NCBI RefSeq assembly: GCF_036321535.1
Contig: NC_087436.1
Location: 85,376,001 to 85,440,000 of the forward strand
Source: Camelus dromedarius
Taxonomy: Eukaryota
DNA length: 64,000 nt
Direction of reading: 5' to 3'
Below, piece by piece: positions 63,318 through 64,000 of this stretch (position 1 is the stretch's first letter; each line of letters opens with the position of its first letter). A model generated the notes under the pieces. That model was not told where the DNA came from. It made no database searches and saw only the letters and a list, made by a program, of their open reading frames with translations. The translations under genes and the position numbers were made by a program.

Positions 63318-64000
63318 GTAAGTCCATTCAGTTTTCCTTCTCTGCCCCTAATCTATTATAAAGAGTATGATTATGTCCTCCTGGACAGCCAACCCACCTT
63401 TCCTTTGGAGCCTGCTCCTGCACACGCATCATGAGGGCTCCTGTGTACAGAAATGATCCAGAGCAGTGAGGCTGAAATGGAGTGTAGGACAGCGTGCTCT
63501 AGGTATGTCTGCTTAAGAGGCCATGTGATTGAACCTTTTGGTGGTCAAATGTGAGACTAAAGGAGACGGTACAGCCAATGGCCAAATGCTGTGAAATAAG
63601 AAGGCTGGCAGGGATGGTCATCAAACTCAAGATGCACTAACTTTGCTCCCATCCATGGAATTGGGCACGCAAAAGTGTATGACTCTTCCTGAATTTTGCA
63701 GAAGGCTTTGAGTTTGATTTGGGGATTGATGTATCCATGATACACAGACAGATTCCAACTCAGGAGGCTTTTGCAGGCTGACATTGTTGGCTGGTGGGAA
63801 ATGTTTTAATTTTTTTTTTCAGCAGGAGTCTTGGATCTGACTCTGAAGCTGTAAAGTGGAGATATTAAGTTTTTGATTTAAGAATGATTTGAACTTTATT
63901 TTTCCAAACTGAAGAATGTAAATAAGTGTTCTGGGTGGGGGAAAAGGAGCATTATGGTCAGGTAGGTGTGGGAGATGCTAGGCTGATGGATATAGGATAT

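Overview
Mammalian genomic DNA, most likely a camelid (camel/alpaca/llama), judged from two copies of a tRNA-derived SINE resembling the tylopod vic-1 family. The window holds about 50 kb of repeat-rich, gene-free upstream sequence, then the CpG-island promoter and first 9 coding exons of KDR (VEGFR2/Flk1) on the + strand. The CDS starts at ATG 50619 and covers 1255 nt (418 codons: signal peptide plus Ig-like domains 1-4). All splice sites are GT-AG and the gene continues past the window end. Most ORFs in the track are spurious or repeat-derived. I found no prokaryotic-type system, CRISPR array or RNA gene, and I cannot claim a new biological system. The best leads are: (1) an upstream ATG opening a 164-codon out-of-frame ORF that overlaps KDR across spliced exons 1-3; (2) a Gly->Val change creating a GTAAGT cryptic donor in exon 8, which would yield a D1-D3-only soluble receptor; (3) an ancient L2 fragment apparently re-mobilised with a fresh target-site duplication (TSD), and an L1 with a short 3' transduction; (4) a GC-rich block bounded by direct repeats; (5) several candidate enhancers and CTCF sites. 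Repeat family names and human/mouse comparisons come from recall, not database searches.
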